This document shows positions 12,064 to 24,535 of a stretch of DNA of 64,000 nucleotides, piece after piece. Below the pieces are notes generated by a model. It was not told the DNA's origin. It did not search any database and saw only the letters and a program-made list of their open reading frames with translations. A program made the translations under genes and the position numbers. The stretch is from Vermamoeba vermiformis. Its lineage: Eukaryota. The stretch lies in NCBI GenBank assembly GCA_045837725.1, contig JBEWZL010000260.1, forward strand, positions 1 through 64,000. The letters are read 5' to 3'. Every line of letters starts with the position of its first letter. Position 1 is the stretch's first letter.

Positions 12064-13185
12064 TTAATATTTCAGACTTCTTTTTAAGTTTTTCAGGATT
12101 TCAGCACACATTATAAACATTCGAAACATTTCTTCTGTGTGGACCTTTGATATAGGAATTTTAATAAAGCTCAATATCTTCATCCAAATTTCCAATGGAA
12201 ACCTTTTAAGGAACACAGGAAGCTTGCAAGCCATAAAACTAAGAACTTGAAGGAGTAGTTTCCATTCTTTTTGTTGATTATTTTTGTTCTTATTCAGTAA
12301 ATGAGTTATTTCGGGATTTAACATGTCCTGCCCAGCAATTGATAAAGTTGTTAAAGAATTGTTGTGTTGCAGAATGTCCAGAATTGGTCCGTTGTATAAA
12401 TCTTTGTTACAGTGCCCTTCCTCTGTTTCAATGGATAAATGATACACACTTGTGTTTTCTTTCAAAGCACTAAATAAAACCGCCATCTCATTGATGGGCG
12501 GCATTGAATTTGATCTGATACCAAGTCGCTTCACAGAACTTGTTAGAGCCACACCCATTCCCAAACTCTCCAAGGACTTGGTTCGCAAAAAACCATTGCA
12601 ATCTATAATTCTCAACTCAAATTCTTGAATACATTTGTTCTCCTTCAAGTACTCCACAATGCACCTTGCTTGAAAATCTGCATTACAGGTTATTGAAAGT
12701 TTTTTGATGTGCCTTTCCTTAGTGATTGAAGATAGGATATGCTCAGCAGCTTGAGTTTCCAACATTAAATTGTCAACTTTTGTAGATTTTTTAATTATTT
12801 GGGTAATCAAATCCACCTCCTTTTTAGAAATAGAAGCAACTGCAATGCTTTTGATGGATTGGCTAGGATGCACCATATTTCCAGTAAGGTTGGAAATGTA
12901 GTACTCTAAATTTGCATTTACACTCTTCAAGGTAAGAATTTCAATGTTAGGGTTCTTTCCTATTGAGCTGAATATGACATCAAGTTTGTCATGATCCAAG
13001 AAAGAAAGAGACTCTCCAATTACAATGCTACTAAGATCCGCACTTTTTAGACTATTGCCCAAAAGATTGGCATCAAAAGTATCTGGTAGTTGTAGTGCAT
13101 CGAAATCAAGCTCCTCCATATTGATTTCAAAGTTTGCATTTTTTAACAAAAACTGAGTTACCTCCTCTTCAGAATAAGCCTTCAT
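12064..13185 (-). CDS. RNI-like LRR protein with C-terminal F-box-like motif (paralog of 9882-10916)
   Basis: LKENTSVYHLSI and LQHNNSLTTLSI repeats; FPLEIWMKILSFIKIP aligns with LPNEIWLEIFKQVKIP. Confidence 0.75.
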   Translation of the reverse strand: MKAYSEEEVTQFLLKNANFEINMEELDFDALQLPDTFDANLLGNSLKSADLSSIVIGESLSFLDHDKLDVIFSSIGKNPNIEILTLKSVNANLEYYISNLTGNMVHPSQSIKSIAVASISKKEVDLITQIIKKSTKVDNLMLETQAAEHILSSITKERHIKKLSITCNADFQARCIVEYLKENKCIQEFELRIIDCNGFLRTKSLESLGMGVALTSSVKRLGIRSNSMPPINEMAVLFSALKENTSVYHLSIETEEGHCNKDLYNGPILDILQHNNSLTTLSIAGQDMLNPEITHLLNKNKNNQQKEWKLLLQVLSFMACKLPVFLKRFPLEIWMKILSFIKIPISKVHTEEMFRMFIMCAEILKNLKRSLKY

Positions 13186-13347
13186 AAAACAAGGTTGGAA
13201 AAGCACAACTAATACATTTTACATACAGTGTTGGAATTGCATAACCGCCTTTTTTTTATTGGCTCATAGGAATTTGAGCTAGACATTGTAGTGATGCAAT
13301 GTGTTTATATTTGTAACATTAAATATTTTTCCAAAGGAGTAGATTTT

Positions 13348-14005
13348 TTATTCTTCCAGGGAAAACTTTGGTTTTTTCTTTGCCAGAATCTCGATGTCGG
13401 AATCTGCTAAGTATTCCAACTTTCTTTTCAATGGGGATCCAGAAGGTGGATCCTTTTGACTTGAGTTGTCTTGGTGGGTTGGTTTTTCTTCTTTAAGTTT
13501 AATCTGTACCTTTTGGTCTGCATCCAGCTCTGCATAATAAGTATGAGGAGGAAGAATATCAAGTACAGTCCTAAGAGCTTTCAAGTTAGTATAAAAACAA
13601 ACTGTGACAAAACTTACTCAACATTTCTGAGCAAAGGTTCAGATGCCCAAATTGAGGGTAATGTTTTGAGTAAACAGTTGATAATTGAAACGTCAAACCA
13701 CTCAAACAATACCATATGCGGTGGGAGTCCAACTTTTGCTGCATCAACAATTCTTTTCTTACCTGTCATAATGAGAAGTTAAGGTTAATTTTCTGACAGT
13801 TTACATACTTTGCTCAGAGTACTTTTCTTTTATTTTTTCATTTAGCAGCATTGTTGAAATACCAGTCATCCTATTTATGCTTTGAGGATTCATCAGCAAC
13901 ACTTGTGATGATTCATCATACAACACTCCTTCTTTTTTAAAAAATCTACAACAGTTAGTCACTCCTTGCTTCAACCTGAAAAGTGTCTTACGTAAAAGAT
14001 GTCAT
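13348..14005 (-). CDS. Hypothetical multi-exon protein with basic NLS-like motifs
   Basis: Several short exons with GT-AG signals; last exon contains PLKRK and KKKPK. Confidence 0.35.
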
Positions 14006-14122
14006 TGTATTCATAATTTCTGCTTTTTTTTAATTTGACAGTTTATTTCTTTTTTAAATATTGATTACAAATTTTTTTTTGATTATATTGATAAATCATG
14101 GATAAAATGGACTGTTTTCTGT

Positions 14123-17100
14123 TTAATTTGAGTTGGTGTTGTAGTTGTAAAACTGCAAAGACTTTTCAATGTCACCAAGTAAGGTTGGATCACTAAGCCC
14201 ATGAGTTTCCAAAAGAAGCAATCCTCTAAATATTGTAGGTAAGCGTTAGAGCTACAATCAAATGAATTCTTACCTTAGAACTTGGTATCCAACTTTTTCA
14301 AAGATTAGCTTAGATTTATAAGCCAAAGTAATGTCTCCACTGTAATCATCATCAAAACAAAGCAAGCAATTAATTTCTTGCTCTGCATCAAGCCAACCAA
14401 GGAGAGATACTTTTCTAAAGCATTTTCTGCAAAGAATTGTTCGGTCAAAGGTATGAAGGTGCCTTTCAATTTGCATGTGCCAGTTTAGTAGGCATTTTGA
14501 TATTGGAGAGATAATCTTTTTCTGAACTTCTCCCTTCTTTCCATAAGTTTTACTATCAGATCCAAAAACAATGAATTTGACCGGATCCAAAATGGAATTT
14601 TCTGTGGAAATGAAGGATGATATTACTTTGGAGTATGTTTGAAAGTTATAGACCATCAGATGTCCTTCATATGAGTCAACCAGTTTTTCTGGAGGATGTG
14701 AAGTAAGAACATTGGGAAGTGAAAATGCTGAGCAACTCTTCCAATCAGCAGGAACCAAAATAGTATCTCCAGGAGATTGTTTTACGTACAAATGTTCTTT
14801 TAAAGTTCATTAATTCATAAGGATATTTTCTATTGTTTACCTGCAGAGTCAATGTGTTTAGAAAACTTCCACCACATCACACCTTCAAATCCAGGCAAAA
14901 GAGTAATCAGTTTGTTGGTGTACTAGAAAAATTACCATAAATTAATAAATAATGAATTCAAAAACAACATACGGTAACATTTAACTCAGTTGGCAAAAGG
15001 CAGTAACGAGTGAATTTCAATCCGATGACGGTACGACTAGCAAAACCATTAAAGAATGCATTTTTTTCAAGCAAAGCCTCTTCTGGGAATTCTCCTGGGA
15101 ATACTGTATAAGGAATGCCTGGTTTTTGCAGATCTCCCCCATAACACTCCTTAACGAAAGGAGCTGTTGTTAAACTAAGCCATTCAGATGAATAAAATGG
15201 AAATTTTGGATTGTATGAGTGGCCAACACTTCGTAATTGCAATGGAGATAGAATCGATGCTAAATTAGCTCTAAGATTTGTGTTTACCATGCCAGAAATG
15301 CTAAAATAGTTAAGTTAAACTCTGATAATATTTTGCTATATGGCTTACAATTGGAAGAGAAAATGTTGCCGATATTGATGCTGAAGTGACTTGCTGATTA
15401 TTTTCACTGGCATTTTAATCTACAATACATTAATAAACTGGCTAATAATTGACAGATAAAATACCTCACTAAGTTTTGGGGAAACTTCATATTCAGGAGC
15501 TAAAGGGATTTGGTTTGGAACTAAAGAGGTCAGCAAATCAATACGTGGCCATTGTTCAATTGTTTCTTCAGCAACAGCACATTGGATGTGTCCATGATGA
15601 ACAATTGTATGACCTGATCCCACTAAAGTATATGCTGCTGCTTCAGTTAATTGCCCTAAAAATCCAACTCTTCCAAATGTAACCAAGTGTGAAACTAATT
15701 GCCATTAACATCAATTTTTTAATGACACTGACTTACTACTTCTTATTGCAGCAAGTGTTGCCAGTCCAACGTAAGTGAAGGAGTTAAGACTAAAATAACT
15801 TCTGCACACTAGCTCGGTTATTTCTTCTAAGTGAGATTGGATAGTGCCTTGTGGAAAGTTGACAAAGACAACTGATACATATTCATGAATGATCACACAA
15901 AGGTCGTAGTCATCCTTCAACCAGTTTTTGACTTTTAGTGCTGCAGTTGGAATAATTTCTGTGTACTAGTTAGCTATTATTGCAAATGCAAGGAAACATA
16001 CCAATGACAGGTTTGTTCAAGCTTTTATACAATTCAGTAATATGTTCTCTGTCAAAAATGTAGCTTGGACCAAAGAAATTGACCACAAGACCTTCATACT
16101 GATTATGCAATGCTTCAAAATCTTGAATTGTGTTGGCAAAAAAGTAATCCGGAGTTTGTAGATCTTGAAACTCTTTGTCCAATTCCAATTCTTCTAAGAC
16201 CTTATCAACCTTTGGCTGGGTTATTCGATGATCAGGAATTTTTAGAAGTCGTGGCAAAACTACACTTTCAAATTTTTCATTTAGAGTTAATTCAGTTTGC
16301 TTGCTCCATCTCTCTTTCTTAATGCCTAAAGTTTTGATGCAAAAATCTTCGTAATGCATTAAGCCCCGAAATCTGGTGATGGATTCAATCCAGTCAGGTC
16401 TAGATGATCCATTTTCTGTAATTGTAAGTTAACAGAAGAGATACAACTAATTGTACCTTGTTCACCCACAACTTCTAATTCTTTAAATCGTACAACTTCC
16501 CCACGAACTTTTATTGGAGTACCCAAAACCTTTCGTATTGCAACTTTGGAGTTCTTGGCAAATTTAATTCCTTTAAATAATCAGTTGGAGTATTAAGTTT
16601 TGGATTTGGACGTACTCTCTTCATACCAATCCCTTGTTTGTATGATCAAAGGATCTAGTACCTTGCAGCGATCCTCATCACTAATAAATGCCACTGCAAG
16701 GTTCAGCAAAAGCTTTAAACTAAAGGGTTCTCGTCTGAAGAAATGTTTGAGTAAAAAAAAAAGAGCCTTCTGAGCACTTACTTATCCTTTAGTAATTTTT
16801 GGTGGCATGAATAAAATGAATGAAGGCTTCGCAATCTCACAAGTAAATCCTCCTCAAAATGCTTATGTAAGGTGCACAACTCCTCTGTTAAAGATTAGAT
16901 GGTTGACAATAAAGTATAGTAATCAGCTTACCAAAATTTTCAAACTTAACTGTATGTTTTAGGTCATTTTTCCACTGGGTCGCTTGACTTCCCAAAGCAA
17001 CCTTTTTATCAAACTCTCTTTTGAACTGGTGCATGAATAGAACTTTGTCTACAAAGTTTAAATCAACTGCATCCTCTTCAGCACTTTGAAGATGAAACCC

Positions 17101-17878
17101 TTTGGAGTACAATTCCTAACAATGTTCAGCTCACATTTAACCTTGTTGTCATGCTTACCTCTTTACTAGGAGCTAAAAATACTTTGATTCCACAATAGCC
17201 AAGCATTCCTTTTTCAAGCATGTGAAATAATGCAACAGCACGATGTTGACCAGCAAACACAGCATAGCAATAGGTGTCAAATGTGACATCTCTAATGATA
17301 ACAAAAGATGGTGCCCCCTGCACTGCTGACCAATATAGACTCTTTCCCATCAAACTTTTTACTTGTGAGGGAATTAACTGTCTTATGTTATGCCTATGTT
17401 AAATTGTTAAATACATTAGAAACATAGTTAATGTTACTTCTACGCTTACAGTCTTCCTTTGAACATCTGCTTGAAATCAGCAGCAGTTACACTCGACAAA
17501 AAGCAGGTTCCATCAACAAGGTGCTTCTCACAACAATAAGCTTCTAACTGAGGCAATCTGTAATGTATATGAGGGAGGTAATTTTACAAACTTAGACATT
17601 ACTTTATCACTTTTTCATGCGACTGGCAACCTAATAATTGGCATTTACCCCCTTCAATAACTGGCAAATAAGGCACCAACTCATACTGAGCTTCATTCAA
17701 TAAAAAATCCTAAAAATTGAATTGCCCTATATTAGCATTGTGCAATAAATACCTTCTTATTAATGTTACAATAAGTAATTATTTTGTATTTTTTCAGCTG
17801 AATTACTTTTTAAAAACAATAACGTCTTACCTTCTCAGTGATATTTATTGTGGAGTGCCAATTACCATCTTGATCCAT
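14123..17878 (-). CDS. Multi-exon ParB/Srx-like + degenerate JmjC + Cys-finger protein (paralog 1)
   Basis: HNIRQL...VFAGQHRAVAL (ParB-like GxxR); YVKQSPGDTILVPADWKS (JmjC C-terminal strand, His replaced); CRKC...CLLC; exons join through GT-AG introns. Confidence 0.7.
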
Positions 17879-17976
17879 TTTGTCACTTTAGATTGTGGTA
17901 TTTTGTTGGAAAAAGAAAGAAAAACTGAAGAAAAAAAAGAAGGTTTTTTTTTTATTAAACTTATTGTAGCCTTGAA

Positions 17977-18381
17977 CTATTGGGTAGACTCCACTTGATT
18001 AATCAAAACTTGCATAAATTCTTCAAATGCTTGGGCATTGTGGGTCTCTGTGGTCAGTTTCCTGCAGAAATTCAACATAATTGTTTGAGAATGATTGAAT
18101 TGCTTCTCAAAGGCTTCTATTAGGCCTTTAAAGCAACGAAGCTTTGCCAAGATACAAAACTCATCCACAGACAGTGTAAAACTGAATATTTTTGTTACAT
18201 CAACCGTTCCACAATTCTCTGAGGTTGCCAAGCCATTGTTTGGAAATAACCGTATATACCCTCTTTTGATTATGAAACCAATTGAGGGATTTTCAAATGA
18301 TAAGGGAAGTTTAGGATCAATAGCAGTATTTAGAATATTAAAAAGAGCATTTAAGCAATATATTCTTGCACTAGAGTCCAT
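17977..18381 (-). CDS. Hypothetical ~135-aa protein (tandem paralog A)
   Basis: LFNILNTAIDPKLP...SIGFIIKRG resembles the neighbour's LWDMLKNPIDSLP...SLGYAIYLG. Confidence 0.55.
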   Translation of the reverse strand: MDSSARIYCLNALFNILNTAIDPKLPLSFENPSIGFIIKRGYIRLFPNNGLATSENCGTVDVTKIFSFTLSVDEFCILAKLRCFKGLIEAFEKQFNHSQTIMLNFCRKLTTETHNAQAFEEFMQVLINQVESTQ

Positions 18382-18425
18382 GTTAGTGACGAGAAACACA
18401 GTTTAATAAATGAGTTTTATTTTTG

Positions 18426-18848
18426 TTAAATCATTTTTTTCTTCTCCAGCAATTTTTGAAGCTCAACCAATCTGCACATCACGGAGATTATTGCAGTAAT
18501 TGTCTCATCAATTTGATTTGCTAGCTTGCTCTTCACTTCGGCATTAATAAACGGATTTATGGGTCCACCAACAATATGATCAAAGCATGGCGACTCTATA
18601 ATTTTATCATAGTATGTATTACGGTCTGCTGGATCAGTATTCCCTTTTTCACCTTCAATATATTGTTGAAGGATTGGTTGAACGCATTCTGGTAGCACTC
18701 TACTGTTGCACAATTCATTAACACCAAGATATATAGCGTATCCAAGAGAATTGCAGTCAACCACATTTGATTCTGGCAAGGAATCAATTGGATTTTTAAG
18801 CATATCCCAAAGTAAATCATAAAACTTGTAGACAGGGTTGTTGTTCAT
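18426..18848 (-). CDS. Hypothetical 140-aa protein (tandem paralog B)
   Basis: ATG-initiated ORF; N-terminal similarity to 17977-18381. Confidence 0.6.
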   Translation of the reverse strand: MNNNPVYKFYDLLWDMLKNPIDSLPESNVVDCNSLGYAIYLGVNELCNSRVLPECVQPILQQYIEGEKGNTDPADRNTYYDKIIESPCFDHIVGGPINPFINAEVKSKLANQIDETITAIISVMCRLVELQKLLEKKKMI

Positions 18849-18925
18849 TTGATTTTAACACATAAAAAATGGGGTTTTCATCACTGAAATAAATCAGATT
18901 TTATTCTAAATTGTTGTGATTTTAG

Positions 18926-21900
18926 TTAACCAGTACGATTGAGATCCTGCCACAGCAAAAACAGTTCTTTTTCCGGCTTTGGGATGATATTGCCTTTTGC
19001 AGCGGAAGCTTTTTTCTCAAATAACCCAGTGGCAATGATATCCCTTTTGGTTATAGATGAATAGTGAACAGGTTTCTCATAAGATCCCCAATGTTTGGTT
19101 AAATGGTATATGCAGTGCTTCTTCAACTCTGCAGGAGAAGAAGATTTGTTTTTCTGAACCACCAAACTCACTAAATTTTCAATGAAGCTGAAGTCAATCA
19201 ATGGAATGTCAGTAAAAGGATCAAAGCATATTTGACTTCCTTCCACTGGAATTTCAATCTTTGAGTTGATAACCACTCCCCACCTAAATGTTTTTTCAGA
19301 TTTTTTCATATACTGCCAAAACGTTGTTGATCCCAAATATGGAAGGATTTTGTAATTCTGTTGGGTAATCTGCCTGGCCATTTCAACCATAATTAATTCT
19401 TTTGACAACTGAAACCTGTAGTCATTATCACTGCTTTTCCTTTTTCCATACAATTTTTCAAGTTGGGAGTTTAGTTCTGGGATTAGATTACCAACAATTT
19501 CAATCCATTTCTTGCTGTAATCCAAATCGTTTCCCAGAAAAACACTTCTCTGGGATACATTCCCAAAGGCTGCTGCAACAAAAGAGTGCGGTTTACAGGA
19601 ACCATCAATTACTCCTGTTACCGATGTAACCATACCTAAGTTGCCAGATATGCACACTTTTGAAAGTTCTTCTACTGAGCACTGAATAATTTTAGCAATG
19701 TCATTGAATAGAATATTCAAAATGTTCTTTGCCAAGATCTGTAAGAGAGGCTCATCCATGCCACTTTCCGACTTAGCTGCCCCCAAAACGTAGTTTGATC
19801 TTTGGAGGACCTTTGGCATATTATTCCATAATTTATCAGGGAAGAGAATTCGAAGAAACTTTCTGGGCAATGGTGGGGGATTCATTCCTGAAATCACATT
19901 AAACTCATCATTATCCTCATCTAATGAGTTGTTTTCAACAACACTGTTCAATTTGCAATTTAAAATTGCGTCTGATAGAACAAGGTTCTCCCCAAGAGTA
20001 AATAAGTTTGTTGTGCGCATTCTATGCCCAATTTTTGTAGCCTCAAAAAGAGCTGGGTGCTTCAAATATGATAAGAAACCACACCACATGAACAACAATG
20101 CATCTTCCAACACCATTGCTAAACGGATTAAACCTGGGTCGTAGAATGTTGCACTGAGCTGCTGGGTTTTTCCCTCTCTTATATCCAAAGATTTGCTGTA
20201 GACTTTTTTCAGGAAATCACAAATTGCGTTGAATTGAAGTTTTGCTGGTAGGACAAATTCTTTGGAGGCAACAAACTGAAAGGGCGCATACCGCATGCAT
20301 ATCTTGGGGATTCTTCCAGAAATAACCAAGTCTTCCAGATCATTTTGAAAAGATAACATCTTTTTTCCCAAATCTTCAAGCATATTATAACATTGAGTTA
20401 TGTTTTTTGCTTGCCTTAGTCTAAAAGTAACCTCCAGCCTACATCCATACACTTTCTTCTCCAAATTATTAAAGTAATGGTTCCCCTTCTCTTTTTCTAT
20501 ATCAGATAGCATGTTTTCTCTTATTTCTTTTAATTTTCTTTTGGTTGCTTCATTGAATTGGACCATTTCAGGAAAAGAAGTACCTATTCTATTGCTTGGA
20601 AATAGTAACATGGCATGTTTTGAATTTTCAAATGGCATATTATTCCTGAATTCTTTGCTTCCATTGTTGTACACCTTAACTTCAGCTACAATGCTTTGCT
20701 TTGATCGATAGCGTATCATAGCACTTTCAGTCAGAGCACTTCCCAGGTAGTAGAATCTACTGCAATTTGGATTTGGTTTTGTCATTGTTCCCAACGAGAA
20801 TATGTTTTTCAAGGGAGTATCTGTTGTGGAAAATGAGTGAACAACAGCAGGATTCCATAGAGTTGTTGTTGGAGTTTCGTTTATAGTTGACCTTATCAAA
20901 TTAGAAAAAGAATAGTGAGGAATTTTTTTGGTTTACTTGAAGTCTAGAGCCAAATCTAGATATGTTTGAACGTTCTCATTCTTCAGATCAAAAAGCAGTC
21001 CCAGAGCCTTAACATATTCTTCCAGCTCATTGCTATTTGTTACTGGGGTTTTAGTTCCAAAAACTTGAATGACAAACCATACTTTCATTCTAAACATTAA
21101 GTTATAGTCATGCAATTTTTTCTTAAAGAATTTCTAACATATTTCATACTTTTGCTGGTGACAATAATTATGAAGTGCCGCCTTTATGGAGGGAAGGATT
21201 GTGGTATTTAAATGGCAATGTGCTCCTGGAGTTCCAACTCTCCATGCTAACTTCTCTTCTTGAGGGCTATTGACAATAGGGGAGGGAATTCCTTCCTCCT
21301 TACTCAATCCTGGGCGTTTAAATTAAACTTGTGAATTTTGCATAAAAGAACTTACCATCCCAAACAACCTTTTTCCAAAAACCTTGGATTACACTTGTGT
21401 TATCATTCTGAGGTTTCAAATCAGGAAAGCAAACCCATATTTTATAATACTCATGAACATATCTAAAGAAATATTAAGCATGTTGAAGTAAATATGACAT
21501 CATACCCAAAAAGTGTGTTAACCATTCTATGTGCATAATTACCACCAAATAATACTTTTGATTTAGAAATATAGTCACTCATTTTAGGATATATTACAAT
21601 GTCCAAAGAAGTCTGAAGAAAGTTTAGGTCAGGTGAAGTGATGACAAAAGCATCAGTATCCATTTTGAATGTGCCTTTTTGACCTGATTGTCCTTCTAAA
21701 CACAAAAATTGATCAAATTTCTGCATCCATTGTAGTGAAGGATTTATTATTGTAGCATTTTCCTAGTAACAATTAAATAAAAGAAGGGATTTGTAGCAGT
21801 TACCTCAATTTTAAGCAAATTTGACCTCAAATATTGTGTGTAGACAGACGGTGGCAATTCCGTGATCTTATTTTGGAAAGCTTTCTCAAACTTCTGAGTT

Positions 21901-22350
21901 TCTGTTTTGCTATTTATATCGTAACCAGATTTTCTATTTCAAAAGTCAGTATCTCCATGGAATAAAGAAAATTACCTCTCCATTTCCTGAACCATATCAA
22001 ATATCAATTCCTTTGAGCAATCAGCACCAAAGGAATTATAGTCTACATTAATTCCCAGATTTATTTCCTCACTTTCTGATGAATCTGAAGACGAACTCAA
22101 ACCAAAGAACAAATTTTCTTCCTAGAAGCTCGAATTAAAGAATGAAAGGTTATTTAGTACGTACATCTGCCCCAACACTTGAAGACTCATTAAATGAATC
22201 GAATAAATCAATGGACTCATCAGAAGATAAATCATCAAATAAGTCTACGCTGGAATCTTCTTCCTATTTTTAATGTTAATTAAAGTTAAATCTAACTAGT
22301 AGGAATCACCTTTTCCAATTTCAACTTGCTGAACTTGTGCACCAAAGCTT
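18926..22350 (-). CDS. Large spliced protein with Rep_trans (pT181 RepC/RepD-type) initiator-like motifs; start uncertain
   Basis: In-frame splicing checked by hand (e.g. 45-nt intron 20892-20936 gives QTYLDLALDFKSTINET); ordered motifs TYLDLALDF / FYYLG / VKVYNNGSKE / GCRLEV. Confidence 0.6.
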
Positions 22351-22384
22351 CATTAGCCTATTATCCTATGTTACTTCTTTTCTT

Positions 22385-24307
22385 TCAATGAAGCAAGTAC
22401 TGCTCTGGAGAGTACCAAAAGTTTGGTTCAAATTTTTTGTCCTTCAAATTTTTAAACAACTCTTCTAATTCTTTTGCTGCAACAAATTGCTTGACTAAAA
22501 ATCTGTAGCTTAAAGAGGAAAAAAGGAGAACAGGTTTTGTTGCACATAGGTCATAAAAAAGCAAAAGCTCGCTTTTCCAATGTCTGAAAACTTGTTTGCT
22601 GTCTGTGCCAACAGATTTAATCTCTAGCAGTGTAGCAGCATCAGATAAACATAAAGAACGCTTGAATGTAAGGTTTCCCAAAGTATCCTTGAAATACTCG
22701 GCTAACTGTGCATTAATTTGAGTTAAAGATTTTTCCTTAACCACAGAGCTCATTTGCTGTGAGGATAATCTTTCAAACTGATGTTTGTTCTTGTTTTCCT
22801 CCAAAAGTTTCATTTTTTCTGAAATTTGAACTTCTTCAGTAATTCTCTTAACCTTTTCTTTCAAAAGCCATGCAATAGCAAACAATCGTAATTTTTTTGC
22901 TGCCATAATCTCTGCTTCATAATCTGCGACCTTTTCACAGATTTCAAGGATAGACGAGATGGTTTTAGCATAGGAATTATTCTTTTCAACTTCATCAATA
23001 ACTTTAACTTTTTCAGAAGAAGACTTGAAGAATTTACCAAGAATTTCTGGTATGTAAAACCAAGTTTTTGCCACCTCTTCATTAAGTTCCAATGTTCTAC
23101 CCGTCATTAATGCAGTATACAAGTGCTTTGCAAAGGTTGCAGTTGACAAAACTTGTAGCTGTCTTTTTGATAAATCAAATAAAGTCTTGCTTTCAGCCTC
23201 TCTTATTGAGTCTTCCAATGTGGAAGAAAGAAGTCCTTTTTTCTTTCCACTTATTATTTTGATAGTGGCTTGAGCTTCTGGTTGCAAATCATGGTATTTT
23301 TTGGTGTAAATATTTCCCAACGATTTAACTTTCATTAATCCCTTTTCTCTTTTCACTGATAAGAATATTCCAAATTTGGCAAAATCCTTGAGAATACTTG
23401 CTGCTAACACAGTAGCCTCTTCTGCATTTAAGTGTTCCTGACCCGATTGCTGATTTCTCCCCATAGAATTCATTTTTGAAATTTTGCTGCTGAGAATGCT
23501 GACTTTTGCTGGTTTTTGTTGATTTTCAGAAGTTGATTCCATTTCTTCTGATAAATCTTGCTCCCCTGAACCTCCTTGAAGACTCTCTTCGGCCATGTCA
23601 TCTCCAAAATCACTAGAAGATGATAGCTCAAAGCTTTCAGGAATTTCTTTTTCAGAATTATCAGGTTTAGATTTCCACTTCAAGGCATTTTCATGAATCA
23701 ACTCTTTAATAGGCCCAAAATTTTTTTTAGTTCTGCTGGAAGAATCTGATTTGAAAATTTTCTTTGGGGATTCTTCTAGTGGGAGGTCTTCTTTTTCATC
23801 TCTCTTTCTTTTCTTGTGGCCATTGTCATCTTCCCCTAAAAAACAATCCCAGTGCTTTTCACAAGTTTCAACAATATTTTTTATCGCATCAAAGTTTTGA
23901 GAAAAGCTTTGGTAAAAATGACTATCAAACTGCTTGCACATTTCAAGGTTGAAAGACCCTTTATGAACCCTTCTTTGAAATAATGCAAGCATGTAAGAAT
24001 ATACAGCGTAAAATATGATAAAATCATTTGACCAGCCAGCTCTTGACCTTAAATTTTGTTTAATCTTTTGATTTTCATTTTTATGCCCTGTTTTTATCAA
24101 CCACTCACCAAATTCTTTTTTGAAAGACAAATCCAAGCCTTTTTTATAAGAAAAAAGGCTATCAGATTTATCTTCATGTGCACAAAAAAAACAAAAACAG
24201 ATAGAAAAGATTATGTCAGTTAACTGACTTTTGTACAAGTGGTCTAAATGGGGCAAGATGCTTTGTTTACAAAAGGCTATAAACTTTTCACTTACTTTGT
24301 TATCCAT
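22385..24307 (-). CDS. Hypothetical 640-aa protein with acidic/Ser linker, HKKRKR NLS-like motif and helical C-terminal half
   Basis: Long uninterrupted ATG-initiated ORF; no domain recognised. Confidence 0.8.
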   Translation of the reverse strand: MDNKVSEKFIAFCKQSILPHLDHLYKSQLTDIIFSICFCFFCAHEDKSDSLFSYKKGLDLSFKKEFGEWLIKTGHKNENQKIKQNLRSRAGWSNDFIIFYAVYSYMLALFQRRVHKGSFNLEMCKQFDSHFYQSFSQNFDAIKNIVETCEKHWDCFLGEDDNGHKKRKRDEKEDLPLEESPKKIFKSDSSSRTKKNFGPIKELIHENALKWKSKPDNSEKEIPESFELSSSSDFGDDMAEESLQGGSGEQDLSEEMESTSENQQKPAKVSILSSKISKMNSMGRNQQSGQEHLNAEEATVLAASILKDFAKFGIFLSVKREKGLMKVKSLGNIYTKKYHDLQPEAQATIKIISGKKKGLLSSTLEDSIREAESKTLFDLSKRQLQVLSTATFAKHLYTALMTGRTLELNEEVAKTWFYIPEILGKFFKSSSEKVKVIDEVEKNNSYAKTISSILEICEKVADYEAEIMAAKKLRLFAIAWLLKEKVKRITEEVQISEKMKLLEENKNKHQFERLSSQQMSSVVKEKSLTQINAQLAEYFKDTLGNLTFKRSLCLSDAATLLEIKSVGTDSKQVFRHWKSELLLFYDLCATKPVLLFSSLSYRFLVKQFVAAKELEELFKNLKDKKFEPNFWYSPEQYLLH

Positions 24308-24535
24308 AGTATATAGGATGCACTAGAAGTGTTGTGAACAGTAGATACAAGTTTTGTTAAAAGAACAAAAATCACAAAATACATACGTTATTTTTATTTT
24401 TGGGATTTTTTTTAAACAAAAATTGGAATTTTGTTATATAGCTATTTGGATACATTAGCATTGATCAGAAATATTGCTTCATCAACATTCATTATGTTAT
24501 TGTAATCTTCCTCAGTATAGATATTCAAAATCCTA

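Noticed and set aside
15420-15686. DNA methyltransferase SAM-binding motif in the middle of ParB-JmjC paralog 1 (VTFGRVGFLGQLTEAA)
   Set aside because: Resemblance to the FxGxG motif is too weak and no catalytic DPPY or PC motif was found
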